Under the pieces are notes generated by a model. That model made no database searches, was not told the origin of the DNA, and was given only the letters and a program-made list of their open reading frames with translations. From a bacterium (GTDB lineage Bacteria > Patescibacteriota > Patescibacteriia > SG8-24), in assembly GCA_023246225.1 (NCBI GenBank), contig JAHFIV010000001.1, positions 46 to 64,045 of the forward strand: DNA of 64,000 nucleotides, given 5' to 3'. The position numbers were made by a program, and so were the translations under genes. Shown piece by piece: positions 1-9,563 of this stretch (its first letter is position 1; every line of letters begins with the position of its first letter).

Positions 1-338
1 TCTATCTCCTTTGGTTTGAATACTATCCATCAATCCCCAAAACCCACCGCTTCACGCTCGGCCAGAGGATCGATGGTATTTTCATTGAAATCATCGAGAT
101 GACCAGCGTGGCCAGTTTTACACCTCGGCAGGAAAAGCTGCCCTACGTACGAGTAGCCATACGAAAATTAGATACAGCGAAAATTCTCCTTCTTGTTCTC
201 TGGGAAACCAAATCGCTTAATAACAAAAAGTATATCGTCTTGTCTGAAAAGCTCGAAGAGATTGGCAAGATGCTCGGAGGATGGCATGGACAGCTCATAA
301 AACAAAGCTCCCCCGAATCTGTTTCGAGGGAGCGATGA
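1..338 (+). CDS. four-helix-bundle protein (TIGR02436-like, 23S rRNA IVS-protein family), 5' partial at window edge
   Basis: Frame is open from nt 3 to the stop at 338. The C-terminal LDTAKILLLVLWETKSLNNKKYIVLSEKLEEIGKMLGGW resembles the conserved C-terminus of four-helix-bundle proteins. The true start lies outside the window. Confidence 0.4.
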   Translation, partial: YLLWFEYYPSIPKTHRFTLGQRIDGIFIEIIEMTSVASFTPRQEKLPYVRVAIRKLDTAKILLLVLWETKSLNNKKYIVLSEKLEEIGKMLGGWHGQLIKQSSPESVSRER

Positions 339-470
339 AGAGACTAGCGAGGATCGCGGGGTTCTGGCCGTCGAACTTGTTGTCGAGCCAGTTGTAGTTC
401 CAGTTCCACCTGTCGCCGTTCCAGTACAGGTAGCGGACGTACAGGTTGCCGTTCGAATCGCGATCTCACG
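338..470 (-). pseudogene. truncated 3' fragment, paralog of gene 837..1421
   Basis: About 125 nt (approx. 340-465) aligns at roughly 85% identity with 840-965, the C-terminal coding end of the 837..1421 gene. There is no upstream coding continuation in the same frame. Confidence 0.4.
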
Positions 471-836
471 TGAAAACGCCGTCCAGTACACTGCCCATCG
501 ACCCTGCTCTCGCAGCTGCTCTCCAGGCTGTATCGTATTCGCGATCTATAATCGCCTAGCGTTTCACGCCAAGTTTCTTCATGTTAAGACTCATATCCGC
601 CGCGCCATTCTAAGCCTTGACCAAAAATGTTCCGAGCAAGAGTGAGTCGGGCTTGGCAGCAAAAAGCCGTGACCTTTTGCATATTCGCCTCACCTACAGG
701 CATGGTATAAAAATTGTTGTAAAAAAGAAACGGGGCCCCGCACAGAAATCGTGCGAGGCCCCAATGTACGGAGCGGAAGGACTAAGGGCCAAGGATCAAA
801 GGGCAAAGGACTACCCAAGGTTCCAAGGCCTAAAGC

Positions 837-1421
837 CTAACTTGCGAGGATCGCGGGGTTCTGGCCGTCGAACTCGTCGTCGAGCCAGCCGTAGTCCCAG
901 TTCCACCCGTCGCCGCGCCAGTACAGGGAGCGGACGCACAGGCTGCCGTTCGAATCGCGATACACCGTATCCCAGAAGAAGTGGTACAGGGTCTCGCCCT
1001 TCTCGTTCTTCTTCCACGAATCCGGGATCAGATGCGTGTTCGCGAGAAGGTGGTCGAGGACGCAGGCGTTGAGCACCGGCTTGCCCTTGAGCTCCTTGCG
1101 GAGGTCGTGGCCGACGATCGTCTTGCCGTTCTTCTGCCTTTTGGAGAAGTACAGGGTGATCTTCGACGGGTCGAACTCGATCTGGCCGCCCTTCGTGTGC
1201 GACTCAACACTCCATCCGTTCGGGATGTACGGCGCGGCGTCGCAGTCGATGAGGCGGCCGGGCCCGGCGGGGATGGCGTCGAACGCCCCCTCGATCAGGC
1301 TCTGCAGTCCTCCGAGCACACGCTCGACGGGGAGCGTCCCCTCGCGGACGCGACGGAAAAGGTCGTTCTGACGGCGAGCCAGGATGCCCAGCTGCTCGTC
1401 CGTGACAACATTGGTCGTCAT
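837..1421 (-). CDS. hypothetical protein in a GC-rich patch
   Basis: A 194-aa ORF in a locally GC-rich segment (over 60%). Opposite-strand ORFs here are Arg-rich low-complexity artefacts. C-terminal WRGDGWNWDYGWLDDEF motif; no family recognised. Confidence 0.5.
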   Translation of the reverse strand: MTTNVVTDEQLGILARRQNDLFRRVREGTLPVERVLGGLQSLIEGAFDAIPAGPGRLIDCDAAPYIPNGWSVESHTKGGQIEFDPSKITLYFSKRQKNGKTIVGHDLRKELKGKPVLNACVLDHLLANTHLIPDSWKKNEKGETLYHFFWDTVYRDSNGSLCVRSLYWRGDGWNWDYGWLDDEFDGQNPAILAS

Positions 1422-1749
1422 GACAAGACTCCTTCTTTGATGCCGCTGGCTTGCTGATAACGGAGGGAATCCCCGTTTCCCAGATTGCTTTTTGTTTGAA
1501 AGCGGCGGCCTAGGGCCAAAAATAGACCTTATTTTGGCTGCAAAACGCTGATTTCAAACGAAAAAGCATGTAAAGGATCAACGAAATACTCTAGCAGAAA
1601 ATAAAGGTAATGTCAAGTTGGTGTAGTAGAATTGATCGGATTTTTTGATCGTCCAAAAAATATAACAAAATCCCAGCATGTGCTGGGACGTTGTTGGCTC
1701 CGGGTCGTGGAGGATGTTAGAACTGCAATCGAGACACAGACAACATACA

Positions 1750-2241
1750 TCAAGATTCCGATTCTCGTTTCAAAATAGTCACAATCTCTTTTTCTGTGTT
1801 TTTAAGAGAAACGTTTGCATCAACCATGATACTGACGATTCCCTGATCCAACACTTTTCTTTGCCATGTGACGTTGTCCATTATCCCGAGGCTTTCATTG
1901 TCTAATGTCGGATCGTTTTTCATTCGCTCTGCATTCCGTTTCAAGAGGATATCGAGTGGGCATTGCAATTGAATAATTTTGAAATCATCTTTCGTCATTG
2001 AGTGCAGCCTTTCATCAGGAAGATATGAAGTGAAGAAGATAACCTTTTCCATCCCGGCTACCGTATCATAAATTTTAGATGAGGATTGATGGCCATTATC
2101 CTCTGGCCACTCACCATCGTTGAGTTTTCTGATTTCCTCATCCATTTCTAAAACAGGAACAGCGAATTGTTGTGACTCTCGAATCAAATTAACCAGTGTT
2201 GTTTTACCAGAGCAAGGAGCTCCCAAGATCAAGAATTTCAT
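1750..2241 (-). CDS. P-loop NTPase (AAA_33 / nucleotide-kinase-like)
   Basis: Walker A GAPCSGKTT directly after the internal Met (MKFLILGAPCSGKTTLVNLI). About 163 aa. The start was trimmed to ATG at 2241. Confidence 0.6.
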   Translation of the reverse strand: MKFLILGAPCSGKTTLVNLIRESQQFAVPVLEMDEEIRKLNDGEWPEDNGHQSSSKIYDTVAGMEKVIFFTSYLPDERLHSMTKDDFKIIQLQCPLDILLKRNAERMKNDPTLDNESLGIMDNVTWQRKVLDQGIVSIMVDANVSLKNTEKEIVTILKRESES

Positions 2242-2329
2242 ACTCTGCAATGATACCAGTCCGAATCCCACTCGTGGTAGTGTCAGCATTCCCAAACTCA
2301 CGATGTCAGATTTGATTTATTGATTCTCC

Positions 2330-3466
2330 GGCGTTCATTCTTTAATTCTATCCTACAAACTATTCAAGCTGAAGTTCAATAAAGCACCAACCGATCGGGA
2401 TACATAATAGATAATTGTGCAATGATCTCCCCCCAGTCTTTAAGTGGCTTTCCTGTCCATTTTTTTGTGATATCCAACTGTGCCAGCCAAAGGTGGTGAC
2501 GCAAGGATTCGTCGCTTGTAAAAATATTCACCGTCTTAATTTCTCGACGGAACTGGCTGTGCAGACTTTCAATGGGATTGGTTGTGTAAATCAATCGTCT
2601 CACAGGCGCACTGTAAGCAAAGTATGGAGCGATTTCAGACCACTCTTTCTCCCAGCGCACCAAAAACGGCTTGAAGTCTGGCCATTTTTCCATCATGTCA
2701 GTAAGACCGACACGCCCCGCCTCCTCAGTTGGAGCGGTGTACACCTCTTTCAAATCGCCACAAAATTTCTCTTTTCGGTGACCCTTAACGAAATGGCCAG
2801 TGCTTCGAATCATGTGATTCACGCACTGCTGTATGGTTGCGTTCGGAAAAACAGCCTTTATGGCCTGTGAGAAACCTTTCAGACCATCGATGCAACAGAT
2901 CAAAATATCTTCGACTCCTCTATTTTTTAAATCAGTGAGAACCTGCATCCAAAACTTTGCGCCTTCAGTATCCGCGATCCATATACCCAAAAGTTCTTTT
3001 TCGCCATCCATGTTCACACCCAAGGCGTGATAGCTGCATTTGGCAACAGTTTTGCCACTCTCGCGCACGGAGCAACGCATGCCGTCGAGAAAGACGATCG
3101 GATAGACGCGTGCAAGTGGTCTTGTTACCCACTCATGCATTTGTGGAAGCGTTTCCTCTATTGCATGTCCAATTTGCGTGCGCGAAGCGTCAATCCCATC
3201 TGCTTTTAAAATCTGCTGGATTCCTCCAGTGGTCATGCCTTTGGTTTTCAACGCGAGTATCTTTGCCTCAATACCATTTTTAGATAACGCCAAGCGGCTC
3301 CCGACCTCTTTTTCAATCATGGACCCCAAATCGACACTAAAATGTTCTTTCATGAACACTGACATCTCTTCTGCCGTTTTGATACCCTGCATTCTTTCCT
3401 GTGTTGCGATCGATAAAGATTCCATAGATGTTTTTATGGTGATGTTAGTAGTCTCGTTGTCGAGTG
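2330..3466. mobile_element. IS256-family insertion sequence, approximate extent; terminal inverted repeats not resolved
   Basis: Single transposase ORF. The ends could not be defined by eye. The 41-nt gap to the adjacent ParB-like gene limits the right flank. Confidence 0.4.
2376..3425 (-). CDS. IS256-family (Mutator-type) transposase
   Basis: Transposase_mut hallmarks: DDE region and the characteristic C-terminal YTTNPIESLHSQFRR motif. 349 aa. Confidence 0.9.
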   Translation of the reverse strand: MESLSIATQERMQGIKTAEEMSVFMKEHFSVDLGSMIEKEVGSRLALSKNGIEAKILALKTKGMTTGGIQQILKADGIDASRTQIGHAIEETLPQMHEWVTRPLARVYPIVFLDGMRCSVRESGKTVAKCSYHALGVNMDGEKELLGIWIADTEGAKFWMQVLTDLKNRGVEDILICCIDGLKGFSQAIKAVFPNATIQQCVNHMIRSTGHFVKGHRKEKFCGDLKEVYTAPTEEAGRVGLTDMMEKWPDFKPFLVRWEKEWSEIAPYFAYSAPVRRLIYTTNPIESLHSQFRREIKTVNIFTSDESLRHHLWLAQLDITKKWTGKPLKDWGEIIAQLSIMYPDRLVLY

Positions 3467-4330
3467 TTAGGAAAAGCTGTGATCAAGAAGTTTTTTCAGC
3501 TCAGTGAGCAGTACTTTTTCATTGGAGGAGAAGTGCGTTTTCTCCTTACCTTTCAATTTTTGGATTACTTGCTCGATGCACAAAGAAAATCCTGACTGAA
3601 TGGTGTTTTGTTCAAGCGCCTTGACCGTCATGTCAGGGTCGGACAAAAACTCATAAATATGAGCGCTATTTGCGGTCGCTCGCAAAAAGATACGGCCCAC
3701 CGTCCTGAAATCCTTCGCGCTCCTGATTACGCTGTGACTCACCCGTTCGAAAAGCGTCTGAATGATTTGGTTGATCGTAAAATCTTTTATCGGACGCAGC
3801 TTTGGTTTGAGTTTAACGAATTCGACACGATAGCTCTCAGACAGACCGTACTGATCCATGAGCATTTTATAATCATCTTTTTCTTTTCCAAGATTCAATG
3901 AATTGCTGACAAGCGTAGTTGAGATGAAGAGAGAGTCGGCTAATTCCTTATTTGATGAGTAGCCGGCCGCCGCCTTGATCCTCAAAATCGCTTCCGCACG
4001 CTCCAATGGTTTCCAGGGGCGGCGGTTGTTTTGTATCTCGAAGCGCACGCGCTCAAGTTCTCCAGGCCTAAGAGCTGAGTAAATTCGACAGGGAATATTC
4101 TGCACGCCCAACTCTTTCGCGCAACGATAACGCCGATGGCCGTCGATGATGGTGTATTTCCCTTCGGAAGTCTTCGCGATAGCGAGAGGTTGTTGGATAC
4201 CCAATGTTCTCAAAGAAACGAGGAGACGGTTCTTCTCCCCATCCGTGTTGAAGCTTGTTCTTGGCTGATGCTCATCTTCTTGGATTGTGCTGAGCGGTAA
4301 CTCTCGAAATTCGATGTCGGTGTCTATCAT
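3467..4330 (-). CDS. ParB/Srx-like N-terminal domain protein (partition or nuclease-like)
   Basis: ParBc signature KYTIIDGHRRYRCAKELG. 287 aa. Lies only 41 nt from the IS256 transposase start. Confidence 0.7.
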   Translation of the reverse strand: MIDTDIEFRELPLSTIQEDEHQPRTSFNTDGEKNRLLVSLRTLGIQQPLAIAKTSEGKYTIIDGHRRYRCAKELGVQNIPCRIYSALRPGELERVRFEIQNNRRPWKPLERAEAILRIKAAAGYSSNKELADSLFISTTLVSNSLNLGKEKDDYKMLMDQYGLSESYRVEFVKLKPKLRPIKDFTINQIIQTLFERVSHSVIRSAKDFRTVGRIFLRATANSAHIYEFLSDPDMTVKALEQNTIQSGFSLCIEQVIQKLKGKEKTHFSSNEKVLLTELKKLLDHSFS

Positions 4331-4797
4331 AAAAAAATTTATTTATTGCGGGGCGTACCTTGGCACAAGCAAAAAAAATCGTCAAATATAAGACGGTTCT
4401 ATCAGTGCACGCGCCGCGATATGTTCACTGAACCTATTTCGCTCCTCCCCAGGCTCGCAACGTATATTAGGGAGCGCAATCGTCCCTAATTGGCGCAATT
4501 ATGAAAATTTGGTAGTAATTTTTTGCTAAAGATAAACAAGAAACGACGCTTCGCGGAAAAAATGGTGGCTTTACAATTGAGTCCACTTCCCTGCTCACTG
4601 CGACTTGAAGGGTCCTTGCACAAAAGATCTCTTGGCAGCTATCACCTCGACCGTGTTCTCTGCAAAAAGAAAACTCCCCACCGTGTTTTACGGTAGGGAG
4701 TTGAAGAAGTCGCGACGATCATGGTCTGCATTGAGAACGATGGAGATACGCGCGAGTGCACGTCGGAAGCACTTACTCGACCACGCGAGCCCCGCGC

Positions 4798-5238
4798 TTA
4801 CGGTCGTTTGGCGCGACGCTGGAGAGAACTGCCACCGATGAGGAGCCAAAGTTGGTTCCGCAAATCGGCCCACGTCGCCGGTCCCTCGCCAAAGACTTCT
4901 CGGATGGACCGGTTGCCCACGGGCTCGAAGTTGACGAGATCGACATCGTCAGCGTTGAAGGACCCGGTTTCGAACGCGGGTTCTTGATCGACGAGTTTTG
5001 GCATCGTCGACGCCGGACTGGGTGTGCCAGGTTGGTGCTCGTCGATTCGGACGCCGTTCCTTACAAGGAATTCCCACAGGCGGGAATCCACGAAATCGGC
5101 ATCGATGTCCTCGGCACCAAATACCTCTGCGAGCGTGCACGCGAGGACGGAGTCAAACGTCACGATGTACCGGGCTCCGAAACCCGTGAGGATGGGATTG
5201 CCCGCCGTGTGGTCCACGCTGATCGACTTCTCTGCCAT
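4798..5238 (-). CDS. hypothetical protein in a GC-rich patch
   Basis: Chosen over the overlapping plus-strand 224-aa ORF, which is Arg/Gly-rich. Same strand as the downstream genes. Local GC about 60% within the AT-rich block. Confidence 0.3.
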   Translation of the reverse strand: MAEKSISVDHTAGNPILTGFGARYIVTFDSVLACTLAEVFGAEDIDADFVDSRLWEFLVRNGVRIDEHQPGTPSPASTMPKLVDQEPAFETGSFNADDVDLVNFEPVGNRSIREVFGEGPATWADLRNQLWLLIGGSSLQRRAKRP

Positions 5239-5454
5239 TGGAGTCTTCCTTCTTGGGGATGGTCTGACATCTTCAACGCCTCCTCCCCCGGAAAGACCCC
5301 TCGTGTCGAGAGCGGAGGTTCCGGCGAGGGGGGCGGGGCGATGCTTATGTGGGAGGTACGGGGTTGCGGCGGGTGGACGAGATGGCGGCGAGCGTGTCGA
5401 CCGTTCCTTGTCGGTAGCCTTGCCGCCTGACTCTCCTACTTCGTGCAGGGAACC

Positions 5455-5940
5455 TTACAACAACGTAAGACTTGCCGCAAATTCCTCAAAACTTGGTTCT
5501 AGCGCCATGCTTTCTAGATGCATGGAGGATAGTTCGTACACGTTCCCATCCTTAAAAAAGATTAGAAAGTTTAAGAGTAAAAATATTCTTTCCTCACCTA
5601 GCTGAAGAGCATTTCTGATCACAAATTTGATCGCTGGAATGTCGAGGAAAGAAATAAATTCTTTACTGAGTAATTCGTTATCTCCTTTATTCATCGTTCC
5701 CACAACCATTTCTTCTAATCTCACCTGTGTATTGTAGGCAAGGTTATAGTCAGCTTCCTTTTGAGCATCGTACCGGTGACAATTTATGGAATAAAATACG
5801 AGACCGCCTGATGCTGTAGCTCTATAGGTAATACTGCTTCCCGGAGAATCGCTTTCTTCAATAAGCGTCTCTGTCCTTGTTGGTTCTTCTGGAAAATCCA
5901 CTTCAAAATCTGCCTCTTCCGAAACAATATGATATTTCAT
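5455..5940 (-). CDS. hypothetical protein, one copy of a novel paralogous domain (FEVDFP ... PxFEEFxxSF)
   Basis: Shares an N-terminal E(A/E)xFEVDFPEEP motif and a C-terminal (E/D)P(S/N)F(E/A)EF(A/K/T)(A/S)S(L/F) motif with 5937..6968 and 8527..9537. Overlaps the upstream gene by 4 nt. Confidence 0.6.
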   Translation of the reverse strand: MKYHIVSEEADFEVDFPEEPTRTETLIEESDSPGSSITYRATASGGLVFYSINCHRYDAQKEADYNLAYNTQVRLEEMVVGTMNKGDNELLSKEFISFLDIPAIKFVIRNALQLGEERIFLLLNFLIFFKDGNVYELSSMHLESMALEPSFEEFAASLTLL

Positions 5941-6968
5941 AAGCTTTTTTTTCTAAAAACAAAACTCGCCGTAAACTCCGCAAAGTTTGGCTCTGGAGTA
6001 TCTACGGGATACGTCACCGTCAATGTATAAGCATGGAGGTCCTTAAAAAAATTTGTGATTCTGCTGATATAAAAAAATTTCTCCGCGCCTACCGTCACAG
6101 AAAATTTAATTGCGAAGTTGACTGCTGGATAGCCAAGAAAGGAAATGTATTCTGCACTAAGTAGTTCAGAATCCTGGTACTGACTCAACATCCCCGTTAC
6201 CAACCCCACTAACCTTGCCTCCATGTTGTATGCAAGATCATATGCTACGGCTTTTTCATCGTCAAAGCTGTTGTACACGACGGAAAAAGTCGCTTGGTCG
6301 CGAATTGCTTCATAAAAAATTACGACACCTGAGGCAGTGATCCCTTCCTCGTGCTTTTCTGTCTTCTTTGGTTCTTCTGGGAAATCCACTTCAAATCCAG
6401 CCTCTTCACACACGAAGTGAAACTTCGAAAGAATTTTTTCTCTAAACTTGAAACTTGATTTAAACTCCTCAAAAGTCGGCTTCGCAGGAGCACGGAGTGG
6501 GTAAGTAATAGAGATCAGGTATGAATCCCGACCGTTAAAGAAAAAAGTGATTTTATATATCGTTGTATCAGATCTTAGTTCAGCATCGAGTGCCTGATGA
6601 CCAAGAAAGGAAGTGAAGCCTGAGTTCACCAATCGAGAACCCGCGCAGTCTCTCACTAGTGCTTTCAATGTATCTTCTAGAACTGCCTTCATGTTATACC
6701 GTGGATCACGCTCGTCGACATGCGCGCTCTCAAAACTGTAGTGCATTATAGAATAAAAAGAATCACCGAGCCCCGCTGTATACGAGATAGTCTTTGACCA
6801 ACCGCTTTCTGGATCTTCTTGTTTCTCTTCCTCCTTCCTAACTACGGAAGGAAAGTCCACTTCAAACCAAGAATCTTCGGCGATGTAATGGTGGCAACGT
6901 TCTTCTTCCTCGAGAACTTCCGGTGCGGGAGAGTTTTTACTGTTAAAAAATGATAAAAACTTTTTCAT
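5937..6968 (-). CDS. hypothetical protein with three tandem copies of the same novel domain
   Basis: Three repeats of roughly 110 aa, each starting xFEVDFPxxP and ending TPExNFxEFxxSFxF. The start was trimmed to ATG at 6968 (MKKFLSFF). The upstream extension would overlap the lipoprotein gene. Confidence 0.6.
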   Translation of the reverse strand: MKKFLSFFNSKNSPAPEVLEEEERCHHYIAEDSWFEVDFPSVVRKEEEKQEDPESGWSKTISYTAGLGDSFYSIMHYSFESAHVDERDPRYNMKAVLEDTLKALVRDCAGSRLVNSGFTSFLGHQALDAELRSDTTIYKITFFFNGRDSYLISITYPLRAPAKPTFEEFKSSFKFREKILSKFHFVCEEAGFEVDFPEEPKKTEKHEEGITASGVVIFYEAIRDQATFSVVYNSFDDEKAVAYDLAYNMEARLVGLVTGMLSQYQDSELLSAEYISFLGYPAVNFAIKFSVTVGAEKFFYISRITNFFKDLHAYTLTVTYPVDTPEPNFAEFTASFVFRKKSL

Positions 6969-7125
6969 AAGTCGTGATCTGCGTATTTTATTTTTATCTC
7001 GGTAATACGTGTATTCATGAAATTCGCGTTTATTTATGTTCTCCAAAAACTCGCGTGCATAGATGACTTTGGTTGATACTTCCACCAGGCATCTTGTTTT
7101 ATATACAGCACCCGTAGTGGCCACT

Positions 7126-7815
7126 CTAACCGTCACATGCGCATCCTGGAGGTTGATGACAAGTGTAGCTTCGACTGATACAGGAATTACCGCATGCTTT
7201 TCCTTTCGAGCATGTTTTGCAACAATAATTCTTTGGTGCTGGTCTAGGTGATGTTGAGGTTGTGGTAGGAACCGTGATTTTTTCCGCCACGTCCGGTAAT
7301 ACATTTATTCCGGGCAATTCCTGATTGAGTCGATAATTTCTTGAGGGAAACAGCAATGATGAAAGCCCATCATCACCTAGACCACCGAACCGATCAACTA
7401 CTCCTATGCATGGCCGCGAGTTAGTGATGTCCTCGTATAGATCTTCGGAAATCCGATATTCTCCAGTTTCCGAAACCGGGAAGTGTGTGTAACGTGTCTT
7501 TTCATAAGTGTAGAGATTCCCTTTCAAAGTCGAATAGCGCCTAAAAATAAGCGTGTTGCAATAATCAAACAGTCCGTTCGCACCCTGTGGATTCAACTGT
7601 TGAGTGTACCCTGAGCCATTCTCAACCTCTTTCAGTTGGCAATCTTTAAAAATAGATGGTAGCTCAGCCCATTCAAGCGGCAGTACACATTGCCGAACTG
7701 CAACTACTGGTGTCGTTGACGGTTGTAGTGAAGCGACTTCTTGACATCCGGCACCGATTAATATCAATGAAGTAACGATTAGGACAAACGTAGAATTAAT
7801 TTTTACATGCAGCAT
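7126..7815 (-). CDS. lipoprotein with Cys-rich C-terminal tail
   Basis: Signal peptide plus lipobox LIGAGC. The C-terminus NYCCKTCSKGKACGNSCISRSYTCHQPPGCACDG has 10 Cys in 34 aa. Confidence 0.6.
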   Translation of the reverse strand: MLHVKINSTFVLIVTSLILIGAGCQEVASLQPSTTPVVAVRQCVLPLEWAELPSIFKDCQLKEVENGSGYTQQLNPQGANGLFDYCNTLIFRRYSTLKGNLYTYEKTRYTHFPVSETGEYRISEDLYEDITNSRPCIGVVDRFGGLGDDGLSSLLFPSRNYRLNQELPGINVLPDVAEKITVPTTTSTSPRPAPKNYCCKTCSKGKACGNSCISRSYTCHQPPGCACDG

Positions 7816-7915
7816 AGTCAGCTTCTAGCCAATAAAATTTGCGCGTTCGTTAACGAGGAAACGCGAGTGACCACTGTTCCCTTACCATTTTACACCCGTG
7901 TCCCGTGTGGATGGG

Positions 7916-8530
7916 TTAATGTTGCCCGCTGATAACCAACAAATTTTCACTAAAAATAAATAACTCATGCTTCGCACTCTCAATTATTTCGTCTGCACGG
8001 CTTGAATCTTTTTTATTCCTCATATCAAGCATCTTCTCGTGCAACGCAACCATCTTTGGCAACAGATCATCATAATACTGTTTCTGATATTTTTCACCAA
8101 AATATTCCTTGAGAAATAACGGGTTTAATAAGTTTGTTTCATTCCACTGAGAAACAGATGTCATGTACTCCCTCCAAGTTTGATCTAGAGTAGACCTGGT
8201 CTCTCCAGCAACAAAATTTAGATAATATTTTTCTGAAAAATACACTCTACGTTGACCGACTACCGTGAAAGCATTAATAAAATTATACCTATTTTTGGTC
8301 AAGGTACTCAGATTCGTATAACGTTGCTGAATTTCTTGTTGTTTACTTTCAACGTAATAATTACCGATAAAAAGAGTAATCGAAAGCAAAATTAAACTCG
8401 AAAAAAAATTGTATAAATTTTCTTTGGTTGGCAAATTCTTACTATTTCGATTAATCCACTCAGAAAGATTTAATGATTTTCTAATTCGACCATTAATCAT
8501 GAGTGTCCTAATAAAAATTAGGAATCTCAC
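7916..8530 (-). CDS. hypothetical membrane-anchored protein
   Basis: An N-terminal hydrophobic segment. Overlaps the upstream gene by 4 nt (coupled). Confidence 0.45.
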   Translation of the reverse strand: MRFLIFIRTLMINGRIRKSLNLSEWINRNSKNLPTKENLYNFFSSLILLSITLFIGNYYVESKQQEIQQRYTNLSTLTKNRYNFINAFTVVGQRRVYFSEKYYLNFVAGETRSTLDQTWREYMTSVSQWNETNLLNPLFLKEYFGEKYQKQYYDDLLPKMVALHEKMLDMRNKKDSSRADEIIESAKHELFIFSENLLVISGQH

Positions 8531-9537
8531 CTTAACTTGAAACTCGACTTGAATCCCTCGAGATCTGGCTTCGAAGAAGCTCCGTTCGAATATTCAACTG
8601 CCACGAAATATGCATCTCTACCATAAAAGAAAAAAGTTCCTTCAACAGTTTTTTGATTAGAATCAACTGCAAAATCAATGGCTTGATGACCTAAGAAAAA
8701 AGAAAAATTTGAGCTTATTAACTTTGAACCCTTAATCCCATTGACCATTCCATTGACCGAACCTTCAAGTCCCGATTTTACATTATAAGTAGGCGACTTC
8801 TCGTCTATGCCTGGATCATCAAAACTGTAATGCATCACATAATAAATTGAATCGCCTTTATCCGCTTCATAAGTTACATAATTAGTTCCCAACTCCCCCG
8901 GCATCCCCTCACGATGTTCTTGTCTTGTTGGAGCAGTTGGAAAGTCTGCCTCAAAGCCTGAATCTATAGAAGTGTAATGATATCCAAGTTCTTTTTGCGA
9001 TAAATCATTGACCTTATCTGAAGATATTTTTTGGTAATCATGGACCCCAACCATCATCCAGACGAAAACCGCTCCGAGCAAAATAACAAAAATTGCTGTT
9101 ACGATCGCGAAAGTTTTCCAATACTTTTTGTCAGCAACCTTCCTTATTTTCTTTAATTCTTCGTCTGTATGATGGACCGGAAGTTTTTCTGGTGGCGCAA
9201 TTTTTCCAAGAATAATCTTGAGTGGTCTTGTGAGCGCTGGATAAAACCAAAACCAACTAAATGGAGCAAAAAAGACCGACCAAAAAGCTTGCGCCTTGGT
9301 TACGAGTCGGGTCAACTTGATCACCCGCATGCACTCAGTAACAAAAAATACCAATAAACCGAGATACACAAGCGACAGAAGCCCATATATCCCATCGTTG
9401 ATTCGGCCGATCAAACTTTTAATAATTATCAACGAAACAAAAACCGATACAAATAAAAATTGTATATCAATAAGAAGTTTTTGTGCCTCTTTAGTACTCT
9501 TAATATCGGTTGCCGCGAGGTATTCTTCTTTGGTCAT
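8527..9537 (-). CDS. polytopic membrane protein with a C-terminal copy of the novel FEADFP domain
   Basis: N-terminal half has at least 4 TM segments. C-terminal GFEADFPTAP...DLEGFKSSFKLR is homologous to the repeats in 5937..6968. Confidence 0.6.
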   Translation of the reverse strand: MTKEEYLAATDIKSTKEAQKLLIDIQFLFVSVFVSLIIIKSLIGRINDGIYGLLSLVYLGLLVFFVTECMRVIKLTRLVTKAQAFWSVFFAPFSWFWFYPALTRPLKIILGKIAPPEKLPVHHTDEELKKIRKVADKKYWKTFAIVTAIFVILLGAVFVWMMVGVHDYQKISSDKVNDLSQKELGYHYTSIDSGFEADFPTAPTRQEHREGMPGELGTNYVTYEADKGDSIYYVMHYSFDDPGIDEKSPTYNVKSGLEGSVNGMVNGIKGSKLISSNFSFFLGHQAIDFAVDSNQKTVEGTFFFYGRDAYFVAVEYSNGASSKPDLEGFKSSFKLR

Positions 9538-9563
9538 AATTATTTTTAATTTCTACTATGCCG

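Noticed and set aside
617-1072. Plus-strand 151-aa ORF (and other Arg/Ser/Thr-rich ORFs such as 168..491)
   Set aside because: Low-complexity Arg-rich translation typical of the antisense frame of high-GC DNA. The minus-strand 837..1421 ORF was preferred.
4756-5430. Plus-strand 224-aa ORF in the high-GC patch
   Set aside because: Arg/Gly-rich with poly-R. The overlapping minus-strand ORF is more protein-like, but neither is confident.
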